From a virus: a stretch of DNA of 26,757 bases. The notes under the pieces were generated by a model. That model did no database searches. It was not told the origin of the DNA and saw only the letters and a program-made list of their open reading frames with translations. This document shows, one piece after another, positions 1 through 7,025 of this stretch. The DNA is taken from the IMG/VR virus record IMGVR_UViG_3300045741_000327; one strand, 5' to 3'. Positions within the stretch are counted from its first letter, which is position 1. Each line of letters begins with the position of its first letter. The translations under genes and the position numbers were made by a program.

Positions 1-2
1 CG

Positions 3-119
3 TACGAGGCATTGGTAGAGTACGAACGTCAGCATCCGGGTGATTACATTCACGACGTAAAGCGTGAGAAAAAGTTCGGATGGACGTTTGCTACGAACGG
101 ATTCCTGATTAAAACATAG
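3..119 (+). CDS. 3' end of a CDS truncated at the window edge (hypothetical protein, ...FATNGFLIKT*)
   Basis: Frame 3 is open from the window start to a TAG at 117-119. It ends 5 nt before tRNA-Leu. Confidence 0.35.
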   Translation, partial: YEALVEYERQHPGDYIHDVKREKKFGWTFATNGFLIKT

Positions 120-124
120 TAAGG

Positions 125-207
125 GCCTCGGTGGTGGAACTGGTAGACACGGCGGACTCAAAATCCGCAGCCCATAAAGCGTGAGGGTTCGAGTCCCTCC
201 TGAGGCA
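125..207 (+). tRNA. tRNA-Leu(CAA), type II with long variable arm, CCA encoded (to 210)
   Basis: Acceptor GCCTCGG/CTGAGGC with one G-U. 3-bp D stem. Anticodon stem GCGGA/TCCGC with loop CTCAAAA. T arm GAGGG-TTCGAGT-CCCTC. Discriminator A then CCA. Confidence 0.85.
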
Positions 208-222
208 CCAACTGGAACGACT

Positions 223-432
223 ATGCTGAAGTTGCGATGGAAGTCGTACGTCGTGAAGAAGCGCGGTACTCTGTGGGAGGCTGCTTGTGCCTGCGGAGCA
301 GACCTAGGTGGTGCAGAGGAAAGTGAACGTGAGGCAGCTGAGTCCGAACACTTCAAGGAGAGGCAAGACATGATCGAATTTGGTTTCACTGTCTTGCCGT
401 GCGGTCCAACAGATCGTTCTCTGATGGAATGA
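223..432 (+). CDS. hypothetical small protein (internal Met of track ORF 181..432, which starts inside the tRNA)
   Basis: ORF track. Start moved past the tRNA to the next Met. Weak RBS. Confidence 0.3.
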   Translation: MLKLRWKSYVVKKRGTLWEAACACGADLGGAEESEREAAESEHFKERQDMIEFGFTVLPCGPTDRSLME

Positions 433-462
433 GCACATGTCTCTGTACAAACAGGTGGTCCC

Positions 463-660
463 GTGAGTAAGTACAAGGCTGAGTGGAAGCCCAACTCCAA
501 GAACGAAGCCTTCTGGGATGAGGTCATGGTCGGTCGGAAGATCACCAAGGTGGTCTGGACCGAAGACAGAATCACTGGACTCATCCTCGACAGCGGCGAA
601 GAGGTCTTCCTCCACCACCTGAACGAGCACAAGGACTGCGTCGTAATGATCAAGGACTGA
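463..660 (+). CDS. hypothetical protein (65 aa)
   Basis: ORF track. GTG start preceded by AGGTGG. Confidence 0.45.
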   Translation: MSKYKAEWKPNSKNEAFWDEVMVGRKITKVVWTEDRITGLILDSGEEVFLHHLNEHKDCVVMIKD

Positions 661-765
661 TCGTGAGAGTTCGATTCTCTCCTTGGGGTAGTTTCGCGTA
701 GAGAACATTCGTGCTATTCATGGTGGTGAGCACGATGACCGCATTACGCAAAGGATGATCGAGTA

Positions 766-1017
766 ATGAACCTGGAAGAACTGAAGACAGAAGCAAGGAA
801 GCTTGGCTACAGACTCATCCCGCTTGATTGGAAGCGGAAGGAGTTGAAGGGCCTAAAGCCGAACGGGGAGACCAAGGTGGAACCACCACCTCCATCTCAG
901 CCTCCCCGTAGGGAAGATCCACGCGAGCCGATTCTGGAACAGCTCAGAGTTGCCAGAGTAAGGAAAAACTGGAAGCTCTGTATCGAACTGGAGAAGCAGC
1001 TCGCAGAGATGCACTAA
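766..1017 (+). CDS. hypothetical protein (83 aa, Pro-rich linker)
   Basis: ORF track. AAGGATGA upstream. Stop immediately abuts tRNA-Ala. Confidence 0.5.
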   Translation: MNLEELKTEARKLGYRLIPLDWKRKELKGLKPNGETKVEPPPPSQPPRREDPREPILEQLRVARVRKNWKLCIELEKQLAEMH

Positions 1018-1090
1018 GGGCTCGTAGCTCAGTTGGGAGAGCGCCAGCTTTGCAAGCTGGATGTCACCGGTTCAATCCCGGTCGGGTCCA
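1018..1090 (+). tRNA. tRNA-Ala(TGC), CCA encoded (to 1093)
   Basis: Acceptor GGGCTCG/CGGGTCC (G3-U70 present). D arm GCTC-AGTTGGGA-GAGC. Anticodon loop TTTGCAA. T arm ACCGG-TTCAATC-CCGGT. Confidence 0.85.
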
Positions 1091-1093
1091 CCA

Positions 1094-1348
1094 ATCTTGG
1101 CGGTACGCTCCACTGGGTCTAGCCGTTGACCCCCATCGAGTGGAATCGCTTAGGGCAGTTGCCGGTGCTTGAGCGTGAATACAATGACGTGGGGCAGCAC
1201 GGAGTTCTCGGTGATGCGTGCTAACGACCACGAGGGCCAGGTGGTGCCAAGGTCTGGCCTGAACTGCCCCCGACTCGCTTGTGGCTCTTCTACACTAGAG
1301 GCGCTAAACTCTGGTGATGTCTCAGGCGGGTCGGGGTTTCCACAGTGT
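1094..1348 (+). ncRNA. ORF-free, structure-rich ~255-nt spacer inside the tRNA array (candidate structured ncRNA or degenerate tRNA remnant)
   Basis: No credible ORF. Long-range 8-bp pairing GGGCAGTT(~1155)/AACTGCCC(~1262) encloses nested hairpins (GGCCAG..CTGGCC, CACGGAG..CTCGGTG). Confidence 0.3.
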
Positions 1349-1421
1349 TGGGGCATAGCTCAGTTGGCAGAGCAGCGTCTTGATAAGGCGCAGGTCGTTG
1401 GTTCGATTCCAACTGCCCCTA
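1349..1421 (+). tRNA. tRNA-Ile(GAT), CCA encoded (to 1424)
   Basis: D arm GCTC-AGTTGGCA-GAGC. Anticodon stem GCGTC/GGCGC with loop TTGATAA. T arm GTTGG-TTCGATT-CCAAC. Acceptor TGGGGCA/TGCCCCT with an apparent U1-U72 mismatch. Confidence 0.75.
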
Positions 1422-1428
1422 CCAGTAC

Positions 1429-1502
1429 CGCAACGTAGCCAAGACGGTAAAGGCAGGAGACTGCAAATCTCCCATGCGCTGGTTCGATTCCAGCCGTTGC
1501 GT
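1429..1502 (+). tRNA. tRNA-Cys(GCA), CCA encoded (to 1505)
   Basis: Acceptor CGCAACG/CGTTGCG perfect. 3-bp D stem GCC..GGC. Anticodon stem GGAGA/TCTCC with loop CTGCAAA. T arm GCTGG-TTCGATT-CCAGC. Confidence 0.85.
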
Positions 1503-1518
1503 CCATTTAGAGGTCGCC

Positions 1519-1770
1519 ATGAAGGAAACAATCCGTAAGGTCTTGGCAAAATGCACGCACTTCGACAAGAGAACTTGGTACGGTGATCTTCTACCGACCG
1601 AGGTGCTAGCTCTTTATCGAGACGGGGCCAAGTTCAACGACCGGGACGTAGCTCGAGCTGCGAAGCTGATCTTGTCAGGAGAGATGGGCAAATGGAGCTC
1701 ATACTTCACTCCAACGGAAGATCAGTTGAAAGTTCTGCTCGAACGAAAAAAGGCTGCGGCGCGAGCCTAG
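1519..1770 (+). CDS. hypothetical protein (83 aa)
   Basis: Internal Met of ORF 1474..1770, downstream of the tRNA-Cys 3' end. AGAGG RBS. Confidence 0.5.
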   Translation: MKETIRKVLAKCTHFDKRTWYGDLLPTEVLALYRDGAKFNDRDVARAAKLILSGEMGKWSSYFTPTEDQLKVLLERKKAAARA

Positions 1771-1955
1771 TGGCTACCCTGTAGCGAACCTACAGGGTAA
1801 GCGGGGTGCCGATTCCCCGCCGCGCTCATCACCTGGGAGTGGCTGAGAATGCTGTTCCGGGAGACTTGTAGTCGACCAAGATTTCCTGGGCAGTGATGAC
1901 ACCAGCACCGGGTTCGTAACCCGGATAACGCAGGGGTAGTGTCCTGCCTCCCTTT
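1771..1955 (+). ncRNA. tRNA-like structured region (degenerate tRNA or tRNA-like ncRNA), not a canonical cloverleaf
   Basis: T-arm-like hairpins GCGGGG-TGCCGATTC-CCCGC and CCGGG-TTCGTAA-CCCGG. 8-bp hairpin CCCTGTAG/CTACAGGG. Possible closing helix GCTACCCTG(1775)/CAGGGGTAG(1931). No acceptor/CCA. No ORF. Confidence 0.35.
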
Positions 1956-2029
1956 ACTCCTGTAGCTCAGTCGGATAGAGCAACAGCCTTCTAAGCTGTG
2001 GGTCGGGGGTTCGATTCCCTCCAGGAGTG
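1956..2029 (+). tRNA. tRNA-Arg(TCT), CCA encoded (to 2032)
   Basis: Acceptor ACTCCTG/CAGGAGT perfect. D arm GCTC-AGTCGGATA-GAGC. Anticodon stem ACAGC/GCTGT with loop CTTCTAA. T arm GGGGG-TTCGATT-CCCTC. Confidence 0.85.
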
Positions 2030-2035
2030 CCAATT

Positions 2036-2108
2036 GGGCTGCTAGCTCAGTCGGTAGAGCAGCGGACTTTTAATCCGTTGGTCCTGGGTTCGAGCCCCAG
2101 GCGGCCCA
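2036..2108 (+). tRNA. tRNA-Lys(TTT), CCA encoded (to 2111)
   Basis: Acceptor GGGCTGC/GCGGCCC (one G-U). D arm GCTC-AGTCGGTA-GAGC. Anticodon loop CTTTTAA. T arm CTGGG-TTCGAGC-CCCAG. Confidence 0.85.
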
Positions 2109-2133
2109 CCAAGTGCAGTAGAACGAGGAGACA

Positions 2134-2463
2134 ATGGAAACACAACAGAGCAACGAGGCGCAACAAACTGAGGTGAACCTACGGCACTTCCCGAAGTACA
2201 AGCTGACCGCTGCTTTCACGATTCACGGAAAGCAGGCTCAGATTGCCTTCGCTGCCGCAAGCCCAGTGGACAACTGGTCGAGAAGGCTCGGAAGGACGAT
2301 CGCCCTCAACCGGCTGAAGAGCGACAAGCCAGACGTGAAGCACCGCATCGTCACGGACTTCGACATCCCTGCGCCGAAGTATGAGAAGGACACCCAGGAG
2401 GCCTGGGATGCCTATCTTCTCAACTTGGCTCGTCGAGACATCCTTCCACTTCCTGAAGTGTAG
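2134..2463 (+). CDS. hypothetical protein (109 aa)
   Basis: ORF track. GAGGAG RBS 6 nt upstream of the ATG. Confidence 0.6.
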   Translation: METQQSNEAQQTEVNLRHFPKYKLTAAFTIHGKQAQIAFAAASPVDNWSRRLGRTIALNRLKSDKPDVKHRIVTDFDIPAPKYEKDTQEAWDAYLLNLARRDILPLPEV

Positions 2464-2472
2464 AGGTCATTC

Positions 2473-2865
2473 ATGGCGGACTTGAACTACATCGTCGACC
2501 AGCTCTCCGAGCTCACACTTCCAGAAGCCGGCCAGTTGGCGGAGATGGTAGCCGAGAGGTGGGGAGTCAACATCTTCCTCACCCAGAAGTCGGCACCTCT
2601 GACTGTCAATCCAGTTGCGCTGGAAATCCCGGCCGTCCAAAAGACGGAGTTCGACCTCGTGTTGCTTGGGTGCGGCCCCAAGAAGATCGAGGTCATCAAG
2701 GAAGTTCGTAGTATCACTGGTCTTGGACTGAAGGAGGCCAAGGACTTCGTGGAGTCTGCTGGAGCAGGTTCTCCCCGCACCATCAAAGAATCTTTGAATG
2801 AGGGTGAGGCAAAGGCCTTCTTGAAGAGACTCCTGGACGCCGGCGCAACGGCAGAACTACAATAG
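2473..2865 (+). CDS. rplL: ribosomal protein bL12 (L7/L12) homolog
   Basis: C-terminal domain ...[41 protein letters not shown]... closely matches the bL12 CTD consensus (E. coli: [42 protein letters not shown]). N-terminal dimerisation helix plus flexible linker present. Confidence 0.85.
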   Translation: [130 protein letters not shown]

Positions 2866-2873
2866 AACGCAGG

Positions 2874-2946
2874 GCCCGAGTAGCTCAGACGGCAGAGCGC
2901 CTGCTTTGTAAGCAGGATGTCGCAGGTTCGATTCCTGTCTCGGGCT
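2874..2946 (+). tRNA. tRNA-Thr(TGT), CCA encoded (to 2949)
   Basis: Acceptor GCCCGAG/CTCGGGC perfect. D arm GCTC-AGACGGCA-GAGC. Anticodon stem CCTGC/GCAGG with loop TTTGTAA. T arm GCAGG-TTCGATT-CCTGT. Confidence 0.85.
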
Positions 2947-3068
2947 CCAAATGTGCTGACTGCGGCTTTGGTGAATCCTAGTTGCCCTTTTGGCGTGGCG
3001 GCAAAGAAGCAAACGTGCTGGGGCTAGAGTAGAGTTGTATGGACTACCAAGTTTGCGGTCAGTTTTGT

Positions 3069-3142
3069 GGGGTGTTAGTTCAGTCGGCTAGAACGCCAGC
3101 CTGTCACGCTGGAGGCCACGGGTTCGAGTCCCGTACACCCCG
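3069..3142 (+). tRNA. tRNA-Asp(GTC), CCA encoded (to 3145)
   Basis: Acceptor GGGGTGT/ACACCCC perfect. D arm GTTC-AGTCGGCTA-GAAC. Anticodon stem CCAGC/GCTGG with loop CTGTCAC. T arm ACGGG-TTCGAGT-CCCGT. Confidence 0.88.
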
Positions 3143-3161
3143 CCATTTTCTAAGGTGATAC

Positions 3162-3395
3162 ATGCCAAGACAAGTCATCAAGATCGATGAAATGGACGAG
3201 GACTCTCGTCACGATACGTTCATCACCTTGCGCATGACAATTCAAGAAGCTCTTCGCCGAGGGCTCTTGATTTGTAAATGTGGGCATCGTGATAACAACC
3301 ATTTCACGTTCGAGAAAGGACCTTGTGCTCACTGTGATGAGTGCAAGGAATTAACACTAGTTCCAGTCAATGCCATTTCTTTTGTGGGCGAGTAG
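3162..3395 (+). CDS. hypothetical Cys/His-rich small protein (77 aa). Stop codon lies inside the 5' end of tRNA-Val
   Basis: ORF track. C-x-C...H...C-x-H-C-x2-C pattern. Confidence 0.45.
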   Translation: MPRQVIKIDEMDEDSRHDTFITLRMTIQEALRRGLLICKCGHRDNNHFTFEKGPCAHCDECKELTLVPVNAISFVGE

Positions 3396-3457
3396 CTCAG
3401 CGGTAGAGCGCCTGCCTTACACGCAGGATGTCGCAGGTTCGAAACCTGTCTCGCCCA
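3386..3457 (+). tRNA. tRNA-Val(TAC), CCA encoded (to 3460). Clear paralog of tRNA-Thr(TGT) at 2874
   Basis: Acceptor GGGCGAG/CTCGCCC perfect. D arm GCTC-AGCGGTA-GAGC. Anticodon loop CTTACAC. T arm GCAGG-TTCGAAA-CCTGT. Backbone is near-identical to tRNA-Thr outside the anticodon and acceptor. Confidence 0.85.
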
Positions 3458-3493
3458 CCATCAACTCCGAAGTAATACCAAAGGGGAATTGCA

Positions 3494-5518
3494 ATGGACT
3501 TCCGTGTCTTCAAGACAGCGGTCGCAAAGCAGTTCGATCGGATGCAGAAGCACCAGCTCTTCAGGGTAGCTGTAGACAAGGATCTACTCTGGGAGACGTA
3601 CTTGAAGAGCTTCCCGGCAGGCACGAACCCAGTCTTCCGCAAGCGCACCGAGCACGACTGTGGCTGCTGCAAGCAGTTCATCCGTGCGATCGGCAACACC
3701 GTCGCGCTCATCAACGGAGAGGTGGAGAGCATCTGGGACGTACAGATCCCGGAGGAGCAGGCTTTCCAGACTGTTGCCAACGCTCTATCGGCGATGGTGA
3801 AGTCGAAGCCCATCTGCGACCAGTTCCTGCACTATGAGAACACGGCCGGAACAGACAAGAGCTGGGAGAAGATGGTCGAGCGGGTCCAGACCTGGAATCA
3901 CTTCTTCGTGAACATCCCCAAGGGATACGTCATGAAGAAGGCCGACATCCCAACGGCTCTGAGCGGTCCCCGTTCGACTCGTGATGTGCTGCTACGCAGC
4001 TTGACGGAGATCACGGACGACGCAGTCAACACGGTCCTCGAGCTGATCGCGCAGAACTCTCTGTACCGTGGAGAAGAGCACAAGTTCGCCGTCTCGGACT
4101 TCTACAAGCTGAAGCAGAAGTTCAACAAGTTCAAGACGGACAAGGACAGGGAGATCTTCACCTGGAGCAATCTGAAGGAGACGACCGGATCTGTAGCCAA
4201 GATCCGCAACACCTCCATCGGCACACTCTTGGTTGCCCTGTCTGAGGGCAAGGAGCTGGAGGATGCTGTGAAGTCGTTCGAGGCGATGGTGGCCCCGACG
4301 AACTACAAGCGTCCAACTGCTCTCATCACCAAGGCGATGATCGAGAACGCGAAGTCCAATCTACAGGAGCTTGGTCTGACGTCTGCCTTGGAGCGGAGGT
4401 TCGCAACCATCAATGACATCACGGTCAACAACATCCTGTTCGCCGATCGTTCGGCACGCAAGATCATGACTGGAGATGTCTTCGACGAGCTGGCAGGCTC
4501 GGTCAAGACGACGGTGAAGAACCTCGACAAGGTCGAAGAGGTGCCCATCGAGAAGTTCATCAACGATGTATTGCCGAAGATCGACTCCATGGAAGTGATG
4601 ATGGAGAACGATCACATTGGCAATCTCGTGAGCCTGATTGCTCCGGTAGATCCGTCGGCAGGTCGGCTGTTCAAGTGGGATAACGGCTTCAGCTGGTCCT
4701 ACAACGGCGGCATGGCGGATTCCATCAAGGAGAGGGTCAAGCGGGCCGGTGGAAACGTGACCGGGGAGTTCTGCTGTCGTCTGGCATGGTTCAACTTCGA
4801 CGACCTGGACTTCCACATGGTGGAGCCAGCCAACTACGAGATCATGTTCTCGAACAGGGCACACACGTCTCCGTGTGGTGGCCGTCTGGACGTGGACATG
4901 AACGCTGGAGGTGGTCAAACGAGGGAGCCAGTAGAGAACATCTTCTACTCCTCGATGAAGTCCATGAAGGAGGGTGTGTACACGCTGAACGTGCACAACT
5001 TCTGCAAGCGTGAATCGACGAATGTCGGCTTCGAGGTCGAGGTCGACATCAAGGGAGACGTGTACCACTTCGTTCACGAGAAGGCGGTTCCAGACAGGCA
5101 GACGATCACGGTCGCCAAGTTCAAGTATTCAAGGGCGGGCGGGGTCGAGATCTTGGAGTCTCTGCCAAACTCCAAGTCAGTACGCACGGTCTGGGGAGTC
5201 CCCACCAACACGTTCCAGAAGGTGAACGTGATGATGATGTCTCCGAACTTCTGGGACGCCAAGGCAGTCGGCAACAAGCACTACTTCTTCATGCTGGATG
5301 GCTGCATGAGTGACGCTCCAGCACGCGGGTTCTTGAACGAGTTCCTGAAGGAGGAGCTCAATGTTCACCGCAAGGTGTTCGAAGTAGTGGGATCGAAGAT
5401 GATGGTCGAGCCGTCGGACAAGCAGCTCAGCGGCCTCGGCTTCTCATCGACGCAGAGAAACTCCCTGGTCTGTCGAGTGAAGGGCAAGTTCACCCGTATC
5501 ATCAAGGTCATGTTCTGA
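3494..5518 (+). CDS. large protein of unknown function (674 aa) embedded in the tRNA array
   Basis: ORF track. AAGGGGAA RBS. High GC3 coding signature. HDCGCC Cys cluster near the N-terminus. No motif I can assign (no P-loop, no KxDG ligase motif, no MIDAS). Confidence 0.8.
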   Translation: MDFRVFKTAVAKQFDRMQKHQLFRVAVDKDLLWETYLKSFPAGTNPVFRKRTEHDCGCCKQFIRAIGNTVALINGEVESIWDVQIPEEQAFQTVANALSAMVKSKPICDQFLHYENTAGTDKSWEKMVERVQTWNHFFVNIPKGYVMKKADIPTALSGPRSTRDVLLRSLTEITDDAVNTVLELIAQNSLYRGEEHKFAVSDFYKLKQKFNKFKTDKDREIFTWSNLKETTGSVAKIRNTSIGTLLVALSEGKELEDAVKSFEAMVAPTNYKRPTALITKAMIENAKSNLQELGLTSALERRFATINDITVNNILFADRSARKIMTGDVFDELAGSVKTTVKNLDKVEEVPIEKFINDVLPKIDSMEVMMENDHIGNLVSLIAPVDPSAGRLFKWDNGFSWSYNGGMADSIKERVKRAGGNVTGEFCCRLAWFNFDDLDFHMVEPANYEIMFSNRAHTSPCGGRLDVDMNAGGGQTREPVENIFYSSMKSMKEGVYTLNVHNFCKRESTNVGFEVEVDIKGDVYHFVHEKAVPDRQTITVAKFKYSRAGGVEILESLPNSKSVRTVWGVPTNTFQKVNVMMMSPNFWDAKAVGNKHYFFMLDGCMSDAPARGFLNEFLKEELNVHRKVFEVVGSKMMVEPSDKQLSGLGFSSTQRNSLVCRVKGKFTRIIKVMF

Positions 5519-5528
5519 GAGGAGAACC

Positions 5529-5933
5529 ATGGACGCAAACGCACTGTTCGTAGAGGCAACTCGTCAGCACTTTCGCTTCAAGACTCCGGCAGGTGAGATC
5601 ACCGTCGAAGATCTGTGGGACCTCCCGCTGACTTCGACGGTGAATCGTCCGAACCTGGACGACCTCGCCAAGGCGCTGCACAAGCAGCTCAAGGAGGATG
5701 AGACCGTCTCCTTCGTCCGCCCGGTGGTCAAGAAGACGGCAGAGCTCCAGGCTCGCTTCGACGTGGTCAAGACCGTGATCGACTACAAGGTCGCCGAGCG
5801 TGACGCCAACCTGGCCGCCAAGGAGAAGGCGGAGAGGAAGCAGAAGCTGATGGAGATCATCAGCAAGAAGAAGGATTCCGAGCTCGAGGGCAAGAGCACC
5901 GCAGAGCTCGAGGCGATGCTGAACGCGCTGTAG
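5529..5933 (+). CDS. hypothetical protein (134 aa), Lys/Glu-rich coiled-coil C-terminus
   Basis: ORF track. GAGAGGAGAA RBS. Confidence 0.7.
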   Translation: MDANALFVEATRQHFRFKTPAGEITVEDLWDLPLTSTVNRPNLDDLAKALHKQLKEDETVSFVRPVVKKTAELQARFDVVKTVIDYKVAERDANLAAKEKAERKQKLMEIISKKKDSELEGKSTAELEAMLNAL

Positions 5934-5946
5934 AAATATGGACAGT

Positions 5947-5980
5947 GAGCCGGGGCATGTCACCAAGCCTGCCCCGGCTC
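5947..5980 (+). terminator. 11-bp GC-rich hairpin GAGCCGGGGCA/TGCCCCGGCTC without a U-tract (terminator-like or processing hairpin)
   Basis: Perfect inverted repeat between the CDS at 5529 and tRNA-Gln. Confidence 0.4.
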
Positions 5981-5991
5981 ACAACAAATGC

Positions 5992-6063
5992 TGGGGAGTA
6001 GCCAAGCGGTAAGGCACGGGACTTTGACTCCCGCATACGTGGGTTCAATCCCCACCTCCCCTG
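5992..6063 (+). tRNA. tRNA-Gln(TTG), CCA encoded (to 6066)
   Basis: D arm GCCAAGCGGTAAGGC identical to E. coli tRNA-Gln. Anticodon stem CGGGA/TCCCG with loop CTTTGAC. T arm GTGGG-TTCAATC-CCCAC. Acceptor TGGGGAG/CTCCCCT with U1 opposite U72. Confidence 0.8.
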
Positions 6064-6198
6064 CCACATCTGGAGAGTTACGTGGCCAACTACTTTCAAG
6101 TCAGCTTTCAATTTCCTGGGCCGTTTGTAAACTTCCCAGATGACGACCCATCCTCTCATGCCGCTTGTGCTAACTGTCTCAAAGCGGAAAAGGAGGCC

Positions 6199-6444
6199 AT
6201 GGCATTACTTGATGCAGCCAAGGTCAAACACAAGCACGCTTACTCCTGGCCAGATGGCTCCCTCTATCGGTTCGTCATGACAGAGAAGAGCAAGGCCGAA
6301 CTTGATGTCGCGCTCCTACAAGCCCACGGTGGCGACTACAACAAGCTCATCACCAGATGGGATATATCCGAAGAAACACCCGACAAAGATCCACACAAGG
6401 CGTATCATGATACCCTTGAGTCGTACATGAACGCCGTTGACTGA
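6199..6444 (+). CDS. hypothetical protein (81 aa). Internal Met of ORF 6082..6444 with AAGGAGG RBS
   Basis: Strong SD AAGGAGG 4 nt before the ATG at 6199. The 6082 start lies just after the tRNA-Gln CCA and has no RBS. Confidence 0.5.
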   Translation: MALLDAAKVKHKHAYSWPDGSLYRFVMTEKSKAELDVALLQAHGGDYNKLITRWDISEETPDKDPHKAYHDTLESYMNAVD

Positions 6445-6526
6445 GCGAGAGTGGCGGAGCTGGTAGACGCGCTGGACTTAGAATCCAGTGTCGAAAGACG
6501 TGAGGGTTCGACCCCCTCCTCTCGCA
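6445..6526 (+). tRNA. tRNA-Leu(TAG), type II, CCA encoded (to 6529)
   Basis: Acceptor GCGAGAG/CTCTCGC perfect. Anticodon stem CTGGA/TCCAG with loop CTTAGAA. Long variable arm. T arm GAGGG-TTCGACC-CCCTC. Confidence 0.85.
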
Positions 6527-6533
6527 CCAATTT

Positions 6534-6606
6534 GCTCCCGTCGTCTAGTGGCCTAGGACACCGGCCTTTCACGCCGTTAACACGGGTTCGATTCCCGTCG
6601 GGAGTA
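6534..6606 (+). tRNA. tRNA-Glu(TTC), CCA encoded (to 6609)
   Basis: Very close to E. coli tRNA-Glu architecture (GTCTAG.GGCC.AGGAC D arm). Anticodon loop CTTTCAC. T arm ACGGG-TTCGATT-CCCGT. Acceptor GCTCCCG/CGGGAGT with G1-U72. Confidence 0.85.
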
Positions 6607-6622
6607 CCAACCGGAGAATAAA

Positions 6623-6961
6623 ATGGCAGACTTCAAAGCACCTGATGGGTGGGTTTGGGTTTGTGGTGCGTGTGGAAAAACATCTCTAACCCACTACGGC
6701 ATCGGAAACAAAAACGGCTGGGACGAGTCCTGCATGATGAACGCATACTTGCTCGAGACGGGTGCGCTAGCAGATCCAAAGTGTACCAACCTAGACCTGA
6801 AGTGGCAGGCAGGGATCATCACCAAAACCACTCCTCCAGAGTTCCATGTTCAAGCACTAGCTCGAACGAAAGAAGCTGGAGAGCAGATCTTGGTCGCTTT
6901 GAAGGCCAGGGACAGCAATTATCAGTACGAATTGCGTGAGAAGAAAGCAGAGTCCTCATAG
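6623..6961 (+). CDS. hypothetical protein (112 aa). Stop overlaps the first bases of tRNA-Arg(CCT)
   Basis: ORF track. GGAGAATAAA upstream of the ATG. Confidence 0.6.
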   Translation: MADFKAPDGWVWVCGACGKTSLTHYGIGNKNGWDESCMMNAYLLETGALADPKCTNLDLKWQAGIITKTTPPEFHVQALARTKEAGEQILVALKARDSNYQYELREKKAESS

Positions 6962-7025
6962 CTCAGGTGGATAGAGCGCAGGTTTCCTAAACCTGAGGCC
7001 GCAGGTTCGAGTCCTGCTGGGGACG
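6952..7025 (+). tRNA. tRNA-Arg(CCT), CCA encoded (to 7028)
   Basis: Acceptor GTCCTCA/TGGGGAC (one G-U). D arm GCTC-AGGTGGATA-GAGC. Anticodon stem CAGGT/ACCTG with loop TTCCTAA. T arm GCAGG-TTCGAGT-CCTGC. Confidence 0.85.

Noticed and set aside
1169-1438. 89-aa ORF running through tRNA-Ile and into tRNA-Cys
   Set aside because: Overlaps two well-formed tRNAs. The underlying region is better explained as non-coding structured RNA.
1771-1955. tmRNA or group-I-intron-containing tRNA
   Set aside because: Far too short for tmRNA (~350 nt) and no tag-peptide ORF. No flanking exon halves that would reconstitute a tRNA, and too short for a group I intron.
4361-5077. 238-aa minus-strand ORF inside the 674-aa gene (and smaller ones 4303-4590, 3898-4083)
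   Set aside because: Antisense shadow ORFs of a GC3-rich gene. Every credible gene in the window is on the + strand.
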